DNA of 64,000 nucleotides, from the NCBI RefSeq assembly GCF_009914755.1, contig NC_060926.1; one strand, given 5' to 3'. The translations under genes were made by a program, and so were the position numbers. Positions 1 to 18,750 of the stretch are shown in pieces. The notes under the pieces are model-generated. The model worked only from the letters and a program-made list of their open reading frames with translations. It made no database searches and was not told where the DNA came from. Source of the DNA: the human T2T-CHM13v2.0 reference genome, Homo sapiens. The stretch's first letter is position 1. Every line of letters starts with the position of its first letter.

Positions 1-170
1 TGTTTCTCAGAGTCAAGGAAACACATTTGAACTATTTATGGCCTTTAATAATGAAGCAAGGTATACACCTGTAATCAAAATTTGGAACATGTTTGTTTCT
101 CTCTGCCAGGTTCTTAAAGAATTTGGAAACTATCTGTGAGTATTCTTATGGCAATATAGTTATTTTTGTA
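1..170. mobile_element. ERV1 (MER4-group) internal-sequence fragment
   Basis: Motif GGAAACTATCTGTGAGTATTCTTATGGCAATATAGTTATTT resembles recalled MER4-group internal consensus; runs off the window start. Confidence 0.45.
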
Positions 171-1159
171 CATGTTAGAAATTTTCCATAATAAGATCAA
201 AAATACAAAAGGGATGTTGATGAACATTTAACTGAAATGTACTGTTTTGTCATTTTTATAGCAGATAAGGGAACAGATATGGCTGCATTAAAGTTTATAA
301 GGTGTGAGTGGTAAATTAAAAAAAAGAAAGCAGAGCACAAGACATACATTCACCATGTGAATGAGGTAGTAAGTACAGTCACTAAAGACTGGAACAAAAG
401 AGATCTTAACATGTTGACTTTTGAAATGTAGACTGAATTGTTAATGAATTAAGTGACAAGCAATAGAAACTGGATCTTATGTGAACCAGAAAAATGCTAT
501 TCCCTACCCAATTGAAGGGAAAAAAAATGGTAAACAGAGGAGCACTTCGATTTTTTTTTACTCATCTACTTTCCAAAGTTTAGGGATTCTGGAATAAGAG
601 GAATCTCCCTGACCACCCGCCAACCATTTTTAGGTTGCAGTTAGGAATGGTAACTATTATATGCATGTCACATTAATAGATATAGGGACAAGAAGAAAGA
701 TGCTGGCATGGTAGACTCAGATTTAAAAGGCTTTGGTGCCAAGAGAGTAATTATATACTCATCTACTCTTTCATTCCTGAATATAGAGCCTGGAACCTGA
801 GGAAGAGAACAAAAATGGAAAGCTTTAAATAGACTGTGCCTAATTTTTACGTCTCAAATTGATTCATTAATCACTGGATTGAACTAAATTTAACTTAAAG
901 CAATTAAGTTATCTGCCATTAAGCAGACTGGGTGGGTCAGAAATTAGAAGCCAGTTCTAAAAATAAAGAATAGCCCATTTTCCAAATCTGAATTAGTGAT
1001 TGACAAGTTTACCTCCTTGAGACAACTGTAGGAACAGCTTTTGAATAGAAAGTAAGAAACAGGATGATATCTGTAAAGTAGGTTTGAGCTAGGGGTTGGA
1101 TCAAGACAAATATTTTGCTTAAATCAGCAAAGAATTTATCATGTTTAAGAATAGCTGGA

Positions 1160-1452
<293 letters not shown>

Positions 1453-1944
1453 TGTAGCTGGAAAAGATCAAGTTGACAAGAGATCTTAAATATTCTGGAG
1501 AAATAAGGGATATTAGTTAATGTAAGGTCTGAGAAGCTATGAAAAAAATTACAGGAAACAGACATGAAGTTATTGCCCTTACAGGAGATGGAAGGGTGGG
1601 TTAAATCTAAGCCGTTTTGCAGAGTTGGTGGCCACGTTTGAGAGATTTCACATCTAGGGAAAATATTTGATTTGTGGTGTCCAGGAAATACAGAAGTCAT
1701 CAAAGTCTATCTTAGGATACTTTAAATATCTTAGTAAAATATCTTAGATATTTTACTAATCTATCCTCTGAGAATATTTGCTGTTAATTCTCATTAGAAT
1801 AACTTGAAGTCTAAAACAAGGGTTAAGGTATTATGTGTTACTAAAACATTTAAAAATGCATACTGACATCACAGTTTAGAGCAGTCACAATTAATATTTG
1901 TGTTTTTTCTATGTGTTTTTAATAGTACAAATAACTATCTTTAT

Positions 1945-2152
1945 CAAAGGATAGCAAACTAGGTGGAGTGGGGCTAAATAAGATAAGGCCACTGATTGTT
2001 TCTGTTAATAAAGTTTCATTGAAATACAGCCACACTCGTTTGTTTATGTGTTAGTTTATATGGCAGAAGAACTGAATAGTTCCAAAGATATTGCATGGCC
2101 AGCAAAGCATAAAATATTTTCTATCTGGCATGTAAAAAGTTTGCCAACCACT
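1945..2152 (+). mobile_element. MER58A-like hAT-Charlie DNA transposon
   Basis: AATAAAGTTTCATTGAAATACAGCCACAC ... AAAATATTTTCTATCTGGC ... AAAAAGTTTGCCAACCACTG match recalled MER58A. Confidence 0.75.
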
Positions 2153-5100
2153 GCTCTACATTCAATTTTTCTTGCTTTTTAATATAGATTTGTATCACTT
2201 ACATTTTCATAAATATACTTTGACTGTATTAGATTTTATTATATATAGTTTAGATATTTTATGAATTTTAGGGATATAAGTTGTTTTAAATATTTTATAG
2301 TTTATCTATTTTTCATGATATTTGGTCTAACTTTTATATTTTCTCAGGAATAGTTCCTGAGAACAATAATCACTAAAACAAAGAGCATAATCATATAAAG
2401 TTTCTGGGTACATATTAATAAATTGATTCCTCATATATTGTACAAGTATGTGTATATCCATCAGCAATCATACAAATATTCAAAAGCCATATACATTGTT
2501 TTCAGCAATTAGTAATATTATAAATTCTTATAATATTTTAAATTATCTAAACCATATCATGTTTAATAAAATTAAACCTTAAAATTAAATAAAATTATTT
2601 TTATTAAGCATGACATGGTTCAAATAATGTAAAAATATCTAAAACAGAACATCATAAAATAAAATATTTATGTAACTTTAATGACTTTTTAAAATATATT
2701 GGGTAACCATGTAGTATTCACTAATATTTTATTTTGGCTCATGCACTTTCCTGGTCTTTGATTATTATTTTATTTGGTTTATATCCTACAAAAATACTCA
2801 AAACATATTATGTATAATTTTCAGTTTTTATTTCTTTCCTCTGGAGTCAAAACTTGAATATAAATTTGAAGCAATCTTAATTTTAGAAAAACTTAAATTT
2901 TTATAATTTCATTGTACATTTTCCACAATTTTGTTAACCAAACCTTATTTGATGTCCTTAAAATAATGAATCAGAATGTTTTCTTGAGTCTTTCTATAGT
3001 ATTCAACTCAGTTTCCATAAAAGCAAAACTTTTTAAACCTCAATGATATAAAATGGCTTACATATCATTTAATTACCATGTATAATTGTGTGTATATTTG
3101 AGATCAAATCTGACTCCTGAAAAACATACCGTTTAATGAAACATTCTATTGCTTAACCTATTTACCATGATTATTCTGCAGCACTGGGCATCAATAACTA
3201 TGTTTTACAATTGAAACAGTAGGCTGTACATTGATTACTTTTTTATGTAAGGAAACAAAAAATGTATCACTTATACTAAGCTTCAATCTAATTGTATTGC
3301 TTTTATTGCCAAAAATTGTATATTTTGACTATTATTAGCTATTATTTAGTTATTTGTATGTATCTATGTATTCACTGTTCCCACTTTTATTAGGGCCTTA
3401 ACTTAACATCAATTGTGTAATTTCCTCTATTTAAGCTCCTAGAATTACTAAAATGTGATATCCATGTTCCGATCTTTGAAAGTTTTCTGTCTTGAATTCT
3501 ATTCTGTCTGATGCTAAAATTACTACTGTTCTATCAGATATTACAAATAGTGGAAAAAATAGAGTTTTAAAATATTCTATTTGATATTATAATTACTGCA
3601 TTTTCTAGGTTATCTTTATTGCTTTAGTTTTCTGTTCACTTCAGAATTTCTTTTGAAAGTACTATATTAATTTTTAAATTTTATATTGGCTAAAATCCTA
3701 TACTTTTAATAGACAAATTTAACTCATATGCATTTATTATGTTTACTGATACAATAAATTGAATTATATCACTTTTATGTTTTTATTTTGCTTGACTCCT
3801 TTTTTTGAGATATGTTTTACTAGATTTTTCTTGCTTTGTCTACATATTGTTCTTTTCCTCAAGTGGTTGTAGAAATGCATATTATTTCTCCTCTTTAGTT
3901 AGTTGTTTTTGGCAACTTAAGACATGCATTTTAACTTGTTTCTTTAGCAGTCTGTAGAATTAATGTGTCCTCCCTACATATAATACTAGTAAAGAACATT
4001 AGCAACATTTTTAGGAAAATATTGGCCTCTTTGTCCTACTCATTCCCATTTTGAGGTCATCTGGTATTTCATCATAAAATTATTGCTTTTATAAAAAAAT
4101 TAACAATTAGGTAGGCTTAACAGCTTATTTTCTCAACATTATTTCTTGTACCTCAGGTTTTTTTTAATACTTTCTAAAGTATCTTACTTAATTATAATAT
4201 GATACTGTGAAAAATATTATTACAGAAATGTTTATAAAATATGAAAATCGATGTATAATCACTCTTAGTCAAATGAAACTAAGAATCCATTGGGGTTGAG
4301 TATATGAGTAGTATACTAAACTGCATGTATTTGTATGTTTGCACACATTTATCTGTATTTTTAAATAATGTATGTACAGTAGTGTATACTTAAGAATAAC
4401 AGTAAAATAACATTAGTTGTCAAATATGTTACACTAAAATCCTTGACTAAAAGATCTAGAGAAATGGAATAAATCCATGTTTCAATATTGTTCAAAACTC
4501 TTATAACTGTACTAGATAAATTTGATGTGTTTTCCTTTAACTTAATGCATTTGGGTATTGTCATACATATTTTAAATTTATTTGTAAAATATTAATTCTA
4601 TACATGTTTATCTAAGATTATGTAATTTCTTGGGAATTTTTAAAACATAATCAATATTGACAGAGAGTTAATCTAAATATGTATCCAAATTCACTATTAC
4701 ATGTAACATAAAGTCACATTAGGTCAAGCACGTACTGTTGAAATTATACAAGAAACATGATAAAATGCCTATCTCTGGGAAATATTGGCAATACGTTATT
4801 TTAATTTCAATTTTTCATAGGAAAGATAAAACCACATTAAAAGGCAATTTAAATACAGTTTATTTTAAATTCTCTATAATTTTATTGAAAGTTAAGATAT
4901 GAAACTTTCAACATCAAAAGCCCTCTCTCTTTACATGATTGTAAAACTTAATAGTTCAGATAAGATACCATTTTCTAAACATTTTTATCTTTCTGAGAAA
5001 GAAAATGAGTAAGGGAATTTCAATAAAGGAAATTGACTAAATAAGAGATAAATGAGATAGACAAGAGAATATCTATAGACCTGGTTTAAAAGTAGGATCA

Positions 5101-7224
5101 TTGGAAATCTTTAATATTCACATATATATTAAATCATATAATAATATTATTAAATAATTAAAATGACTACACTAGAATATTAAAAATGTTGTACATACAT
5201 AATAGGATAGGAGCAGGAGACATTTATGCGATGTGTAACTTTTGTTAAAGGGTATTTTAGAATGAAGAATAAATCTCGATCGTTATCCATTCTGCACTGC
5301 TGAAAATCTGAGTGAGGTCTACCTCCTTTGTATGTTCATATCAATAGATGCAGAGAAAATGGGCTTACAAGCACTGGAAGTTGGTAAAGATTTCAACCAA
5401 CACATAATGTGATATCATAAATTACTCGATAAGCACCCTAAAGTACATATAAATAGCCTAGGATTTCTTTTTATTCAGAAGAGAGGAGCTTCTATTCTAT
5501 TCTATTCTTGAGAATATATCTATGTTCAGATATACAAGAACTTTGGTTAATCGACCTCTTTACTATCCAATGACATTGCCAAAGGAGATTTCAAAGTCAT
5601 TAGAACAATGATGAAATAGACAGAATTACTTTTAATGATAGTGGCACTTTGTTGGTGTGCACATGATAAAAGAGCTTATGACACCAAATTTAGCGCCTAA
5701 ATCACACGTGCAGTCTTTTGGTATTTAACAGCTATTGAGAGTTTAATTATGAAAACAATGTGAAATTGGTCTAGAGTTTCAGATAAATTTTAAATCATGT
5801 TCTCAAAATTCAATTGCAAACAGGAAGCCACTGATTATCCACCGGTGGCAATCAATCTTTTTGTTTTTGACACAATTTTCAATACAATAATTTTAATGGC
5901 ATAATTGAAGAAATTAAGAGATTCAAAGGCAACTCAAAAAGAGTTAGCATTAATTACAGTAAAATTAACTACTAAAGTATAAAAATATATTATAATGTCT
6001 ACCAACACATCTAAGTTAATGCACTATATGTACTTGGTTGTCCTTCAACATTTTTATGTCACTGCTTGAATTAAATCATTAACATGCCTTATTTCCTTAA
6101 TGCAAAACTGGACTTCAGATTGAGAAACTTGTTTTCCTGATTAACCAGAATTTCTAAATGATCATGAACAAAGATAAAAATAACCAAAGTCAGTTGCCTT
6201 ATTTATTCCTCACATTTTCTTGAACATTCTTTTGAGAGTTAATATAAATGTTAGTACAAGGAGCAGTACCCATCTAAATAGAGTGATTTGAAGTGAAGTG
6301 ATACATCTGCCCAAAAACGTGTCCCAACTTTTGTTTTCTGATAGTTTAATTGCTTTTGAATACTTTGAAATGTGAGAAAACTACTATGAACTAGTTTCAA
6401 AGGTTAGATAGATCAGAAAAAAACATGGGTGAAGGAGGCAGGACTTAACTATTTTAACTGACATGATATGAAAAGAAAAAGTTACCTAATATCTGTTTTG
6501 CAAAACCCTGTATTTTATAACATTGGACACTGATAGTAATGACTTATGGAAAAAAAAGCATTAAATGCACACTGTTCCAAAATAATTAAACTTTTTAACT
6601 AGAGTGCTAATACAAGAAATAACAAGTCAAGTAAACTATTGGTAAAATATTGACTTCTTAAATTCTAATTAATTAATAGAAAATTAAGAACTTTACTTAT
6701 TAAAGTTTAGGGAAAATGAGAAATGAAGAAGGGGAAATAATAAAGAATTGAGGTTGCTCAATTACCGGGACAAGGATACATAGGCAAAATCAGCAAGAAT
6801 TACACATTAAACATTTACAAAACAGAATAAACCAAGATGAAGGATATAGAGTGATTGGGCATTGTGTTTAATACTGGGTTTCTCTGGAGAGTGATGTGTT
6901 CAGCTACACTAGAGTATTTTGTCTTCAGCTGCTGGTTCCTGATTGCACAAAATGTTAACATGGTAGCATGTGAAACACCAGGACTTTTGTATTATTCTAA
7001 TATTTTCTTAATATAAATTGAGTATGAGCAATTTAATGTTGACCTATATTAGAATAGATGATAGGATTTATTTTAAAAATTAGTCAAAGTCAAGAGGCAT
7101 AGGTGCTTGTAATTCTGATAATGCCAAATTCCTTACTATTATTTTTGTATCAAGATTTCCTCTAGCAATATATGATAATGCCATTTTCAACCTTGACAAG
7201 AACGTACTATAAGCTTTCAATAGC

Positions 7225-7554
7225 TTTATTTTATTTTTTTTATTTTTATTTTTATTTTTTTTGAGAGAGAGCCTTGCTCTGTCATCCAAGTCTGGATTGC
7301 AGTGTCACAGTCTTGGCTCACTGCAACCTCTGCCTCTCGAGTTCAAGTGATTTTTCTGCCTCAGCCACTCAAGGAGTTGGGATTAAAGGTGCCCACCACC
7401 ATGCCCATCTATTTTTTTTTTTTTTTGTATTTTTAGTAGAGATGGGGTTTCATGATGTTGTCCAAGCTGGTCTCAAACTCCTGGCCTCAAGTGATCCGCC
7501 TGCCTCAAACTCCCAAAGTGCTGGGATTACAGGTGTGAGCCACCGCGCCTGGCC
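7225..7554 (-). mobile_element. AluS/J (Sz/Jb-like), full length
   Basis: T-rich tail, Alu body, ends CACCGCGCCTGGCC; degenerate TSD AAGCTTTCAA(T/C)A(G/C)CTTTA. Confidence 0.93.
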
Positions 7555-7799
7555 TCAAGCTTTCAACACCTTTATACTTTAAGAATGCTTTTGCTGAATA
7601 TAAAATACAAAATCCTCAAGTTACGCTTTCTTTCTCTGATGATCTAGTAGATATTGCTACACTAATTTCTGAAGATAAATGATTTGTAGGAGAAAGCTGA
7701 AACCAGACTGCTTCCTTTTGTAGGTGATTTTTTATTCATATTAGTATAGCTATTCAAAATTTATTTGTTTACATTTGCTTTTGTGTCTATAAATGCCAT

Positions 7800-8040
7800 C
7801 TGTGAATAGAGATAGCTATTGAATAAATGGTGCTGGAAAATATGGATAGGAACACTTTTGAAAAATCCTTAAGCATTTACAAAGAACATATTAGAACTTA
7901 TAAGTGAGTTAATCAATGTGGCAAGATGTAAGATTAATATATAAAATTTAGTCATTCTATTTACTAGCAATACACATTTGAAAATTGAAATAAAAATAGG
8001 ACACATAATAGAACCAAAAATATGCAATTTTATGGATAGA
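7800..8040 (+). mobile_element. Old L1M ORF2 fragments
   Basis: AATAAATGGTGCTGGAAAA and TTAGAACTTATAAGTGAGTT L1 ORF2-type motifs, highly decayed. Confidence 0.55.
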
Positions 8041-9420
8041 CTTGTTTAACATCCTTAAAAAGGAAAAAAAGAAACACTAGGCTTCATACTGAGCTAATTT
8101 GTCTAATGTCCTCAATGCATTACTGTACTTCACATTGAGTAAGTTTTACCCTCCTAATTGGAAAAAAATTCTAGAGCATTGTAAAGAAGGGGAAATATAA
8201 CCAAAAGTCAATTGTCATATTTTATTCTTCTTTTTTTTTTTAGTATAAAAGCAAACATCAGTGCAAGGCACAGTAGCAAACAGGGTGATTGAAATGATGT
8301 CAATTGACAATACGTGAGAGATAAATATGCCTAGGCACATGTCTTAAACTTGATTTTTCTGATAGTCTTATTGCTGCTTAGTTTGTTGGTGAAGTTGATG
8401 AAGGCCTACGTTAAATAAGAATGTGCAATTTAGAAAGAATATTGTGAGAATTCTTTTTTTTGCAAACTAAGCTTGAGAGTAAAATAGAACAAAGACTTAA
8501 AAAGAGGAGATAGGACTTGATTTTTAGCAACGTGAGATTGAAAACAAACACAAACACAAAAAAGTCTGTATTTTTAAGTAACATGAAAAGTCACAGTGCA
8601 CTTGTCATATAGGAGAAGAGAGTGAAGATGATAATGATGCATACACAGTTGCTTTTCAGTGGAGCTTTTTTTCTCTGAAGTCTAGGAATACTTCCTTACG
8701 TCTTTTTCTCTATTAAACTTTAACCCTTATAAATAGACATATTATCTTGAGAGAGGGAGAGGAAGGCTGTGAAGATCCAGCACACTTTAATGTGATTACT
8801 TTCTGTTAATAAATTTGGCTTCTCAATTCTTTTTCTGGTTGTTCTCTAATGCCTTCAATAGGCAGGGCTTTTGTTCAGATAGTGCTTTATTTTTGTTGTT
8901 TTATTAGTTATTTGTTACTATTGTTATGGTAATTTATCAAGTTTCCTATAGTTCTTTTTGCAGGTGAGTCTAGTATCTGCCAACTTAGATATCACAGAAA
9001 CATCATTCCATTAGCTATATTAAATTCATAGAAAAACATTTGATCATGACACTCATCTGTTACATGGGTGTATTTCTTCTGATAAACGTTCTTCATCTAT
9101 TAATAGTCTTTGATATCTTTCAATTTACACTTTTGTGGTGAATCCTTGTATGATATGATGCTATACCAGTTCCTTTTGTTATTATTTTTAACTGAATTAC
9201 TTGGATTTTTTTCTAAATCAATGATTTGCTAGAATATCCCAGTTTGGGAGGCAGCGAGGTATTAGGCACTGTCCTAAGATGATTTGTTTTCATCAAACAA
9301 ATAAATCACTTATCTGGAGCCACAGACTTTACTGCTTTCTGCAAGTGAAACCAGTCTAATGGTCCCATAGACAGTTTTTTTTTTTTAATAAACGTAGAAG
9401 TTGACCCTTTAGGTCTTAAA

Positions 9421-9702
9421 GCCATCAAAAAGTGGGCTGAAGACATGAATAGAAAATTCTCAAATGAAGATACACAAATGGCTAGCAAACATATGAAAAA
9501 ATGCTGAACATCACTAATGATCAGGGAAATACAAGATATACAAATCAAAATCACAATGCAATACCACCTTACTCTTGCTAGAATGGCCATAATCAAAAAA
9601 ACAAAAAATAATAGATGTTGGTGTGGATTTGGTGAAAAGAAAACACTTTTACACTGCTGGTGAGAATGTAAACTGGTACAGTCAATGAATGGATAAATGA
9701 AC

Positions 9703-9773
<71 letters not shown>

Positions 9774-10136
9774 ATGAAATACTACTCAGCCATAAAAAAG
9801 GATGAATTAATCCATTCACAGTAACCTGGATGGGATTGGAGACTATTATTACAATTGAAGTAACTCAGGAATGGAAAACCAAACATCATATGTTCCCACT
9901 CATAAGTGGGAGGGAAGCTATGAGGACCCAAGGGCAAAGAATAACACAATGGACTTTGGGGACTCAGGAGGAAAGGGCTGGAAGGGGGTGCGGGATAAAA
10001 GACTACAAATTAGGTCCAGTGTATACTGCTCAGGAGATAGGTGAACCAAAATCTTATAAATCACCACTAAAGAACTTACTCATGTAACCAAATACCACCT
10101 GTTTGCCCAAAAAACCTATGGAAATATTTTTTTAAA
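9421..10136 (+). mobile_element. L1PB1-like 3' fragment nested in the LTR
   Basis: End of ORF2 plus 3'UTR GTAACTCAGGAATGGAAAACCAAACATC...AAATCACCACTAAAGAACTTACTCATGTAACC; internal deletion near 9684. Confidence 0.88.
9703..9773. repeat. Compound (TA)n(CA)n microsatellite
   Basis: Direct reading. Confidence 0.97.
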
Positions 10137-11067
10137 GAAATTTACATTTATTTTATCTGAGTTCCTTCTTCACGAAAGGTCCCCTAGTTTTCTCAGAAAG
10201 TGTCAAAGAACTGACACTCACCAGATCATCACATCCAGATAATGCAATGCAGGACCCCTCATTCATCATGTTTGCTTCCTTGCCCCTCTTGAGTTTCTGT
10301 TTTTCTACACATTGTTATATTTCTTCCCTCCTATATAAACCCCTAACTTTAGTTGGTCAGGGGGATGGATTTGAGACTCATCTCCCATCTTCACGGCTCC
10401 AGCACCCAATTAGTCTTCTTCCTTGGCAAAAATCATCATCTCAATGATTGGCATTCTTTGTGGCGAGCTGCCCGAACCCCTGGTATTTTGGTAACACAGT
10501 ATGGTTTGTCTATATTCTTACATAAATTCGTTTCCTATAATAAATTGAATCCCATCAAGTTTGTGGAATACTCACATCAACCCTGTTCACCCTACTTCTA
10601 AAAATCAACTGTGGCAAAAAAGTTATGTGTCTTTCCACATTAGACAATGCAGTTTATTTAGGAAGTGTATCTGTTGCTGACTGGGAGGTCTTTGATATCT
10701 GCCACTGCATGACATTTTCATCAAGATTGTTCTGTGAGGTTACTTTCATTCCACTTACTATTTTATAATTTCTTCCTGATCTTGTATCTTTTTGATAGGA
10801 TTTACATGTTGCAATCTCAAATTGTACCTCTTTCTAGTTTTGTTGAAAAAGCATGTTGAGGATGCTTGTTTATGTTCATGTAATAATTCCCTTTTTGGGC
10901 ATAATTTCCATAAGAGATAGACCTGAATATTTATGCAACATGGACATTCTGGAGCCTGATATGTTCTGTTTCTGTTTTGATTTTCTTTTGTTATCTGCTT
11001 TGTTTTACATTTTTTTCATGCCATAAGTATAATTTAACACTCCCATCTCAATTTTTTTAGGGCAGGC

Positions 11068-11403
<336 letters not shown>

Positions 11404-12718
11404 TTATTTTACTTTTTTATTAATTATTATTTAATTTACAGTGAAACATACTTATACATATTTATGGGGTAGAATGTGATACTTCAACGGATGTATACAT
11501 TGCATAATGATCAACGTGGGGTAATTACCATATCTATCACTTTAAACATTTATCATTTCTTTGTGGTGACAGCATTCAAAATCTTGCCTTCAAGCTATCA
11601 TGAAATGTGCACTACATTATTATTTTCTGTAGTTACCCTACTGTGTAACAGAACATCGGAAATTATTCTTCTTTTCTAGCTGTAACTTTGTACCAAAATT
11701 TCCTGGTAACCACTCTGCTCCTTGGTCCCTGGTAACCACTACTCTATAGATTCCACGTATGAAAGAGCTGATGTGGTGTTTGTCATTCTGTGCCTGGCTC
11801 ACTTCTTTACACATAATGTCCTTCAGGTTCACCAACGTTGCTGTAAATGACAGAATTTCATTCTGTTTTGTGGCTCAATAATATTCGCATTTTCTTTCCC
11901 AATTCATCTGTAGATGGGTATTTAGGTTGATTCCATATCTTTGCTATTGTGAATAGTGCCGCATCAGTCTCTTCAATAAATGGTGCTGGAAAAACTAGAT
12001 AGCCACATGCACAAGAATGAAACTTACATACAAAATGAACTCTAAATGCACTAAAGACTTAAATGTAAGACATAAAACTACCAGAAGAAAACATAGGAGA
12101 AGCACTTTGTGAAATTGTACTGGGCAAGAATTTTTTTAATAAGATCTCAAAAGTACAGGCAACAAAAACAAAAATAGACAAATGGGATTACATCAAACAA
12201 AAAGCTTCTGCACAACTAAATAAACAATAATGTAAAGAGACAACCTATGGATGGGGAGAAAGTATTTTCAAGCTATGCATCTGACAGCGGTTTAATGTCC
12301 AGATGATATAAAGAGCTCAAATAACTCTATAGGAAAGAGTCTAATAATCCAATCAAAATGGGCAAGAGACTTGAATAGACCTTTTCTAAAAGAAGACATA
12401 AAAATAACCAACAGATATATGAGAAATGTTCAACATCACTAATCATCAAGGGAATGAAAATAAAAATCATAACGGATTATTACCTCATCCAAGTTTGACT
12501 GGCCATTATCAAAAGGACAAAGAAAAAAAATGCTGGCAAGGATGCAGATGAAAGGGATCTCTCATACATTGTTTGTGGGAGTGCAAATTAGTGTAGCCAC
12601 TATGAAGAACAGTATGGAGCTTCCTCAGCAAACTAAAAATAAGAGTACTGTGTGATCCAGAAATCCCATTCCTGGGTATATATGCAAAAGAAACAATTAG
12701 TGTTTCAAAGAGCTATTT
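11404..12718 (-). mobile_element. L1MA-type element with 5' inversion (minus 11404-~11964, plus ~11965-12718)
   Basis: Minus-strand L1MA 3'UTR ending ..GCTATTGTGAATAGTGCCGCA, then plus-strand ORF2 CAGTCTCTTCAATAAATGGTGCTGG ... CTGGGTATATATGCAAAAG. Confidence 0.82.
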
Positions 12719-12739
12719 CTATTTTTTAAACATGAGATA

Positions 12740-13100
12740 TGTATTAGTCCGTTTTCATCCTGCTGATAAAGACATACCCAAGACTGGGCAATTTACAAGA
12801 GAAAGAGGTTTAATGGACTGACAGTTCCTTGTGGCTGGGGAGGCCTCACAATCATGGTGGAAAGTGAAAGGCATCTCTCACATGATGGCAGACAAGAGAA
12901 GAGTGAGAGCCAAGCAAAAAGGTTTTTCCCTTACAAAACCATCAGATCTCATGAGACTTACTCACTACCATGAGAACAGTTTGGGGGATCCGCCCCCATG
13001 ATTCAATTATATCCCACTTGATCCCTCCCACAACATGAAGGAATTATGGGAGCTAAAATACAAGATGAGATTTGGGTGAGGACACAGAAAAACCATATCA
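12740..13100 (-). mobile_element. THE1 (THE1B/C-like) MaLR solo LTR
   Basis: TGTATTAGTCCGTTTTCA ... AAACCATATCA; 5-bp TSD AGATA/AGATG. Confidence 0.93.
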
Positions 13101-13710
13101 AGATGCTTATTTGAGGCATTTTCCTTTTTTCACAATTGTAATTTTCCCAAACTGCAATAAATATTTTGCACATCTTTTATAATAAAATTTCTTAAAATAA
13201 AGCTTACAGAAGTAGAAATATTAAACTAAAATTTTAGACTTAAAGAACAAAATGCCTACCTAGAAACATTATGATGGTAATTAATTTCACTTACTGTATG
13301 AAACACCTTTAACATAAACACATGATATTTTTTGCATGTGATTTGACTCCAATTCTTGAAATAAATTTCTCAACTGTCCTTCAAAGACCTGCTCATTCTG
13401 TTCCCAAAATTGCAGAAATAGGTATGTATGAAAAAAATGATAACTTGCTTTTTAGTCTTCTCTGCTTAGGAACATTGACTAAATTTGATGCTTAATATAA
13501 CTTTATATTAACTTTACTTATTTTCTATTTTTCAATCAGCCTGTTTTCTATTTTTAAACCATCTTCCTAATCTGTGGTCATGCTTAGTGCCAATATCCTA
13601 AGGCAATGAATATGTCTCAAATCCAAAACCAAGCAGCCACTCATTTTTGCAAACTTCTTACATGCACAAGTCATGTATACTCAGGAACCCCAGGGTTCAT
13701 TGTCACTTGA

Positions 13711-14073
<363 letters not shown>

Positions 14074-14159
14074 GAAGCATTCTTTTTTAAAAATGTACCA
14101 TATACTAATATCATATTAAATGGAAAGTTGAGAAATACTTTCTTGGCACATGCTTATAC

Positions 14160-18750
<4,591 letters not shown>

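Larger units (their letters stand above)
9346..10496 (+). mobile_element. ERV1 solo LTR (MER66-like), interrupted by L1PB1
   Basis: Starts TGAAACCAGTCTAATGGTCCCATAG, resumes ~10140 TTACATTTATTTTATCTGAGTTCC, TATA-like CTATATAAACCCC, ends TGGTAACA. Confidence 0.75.
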
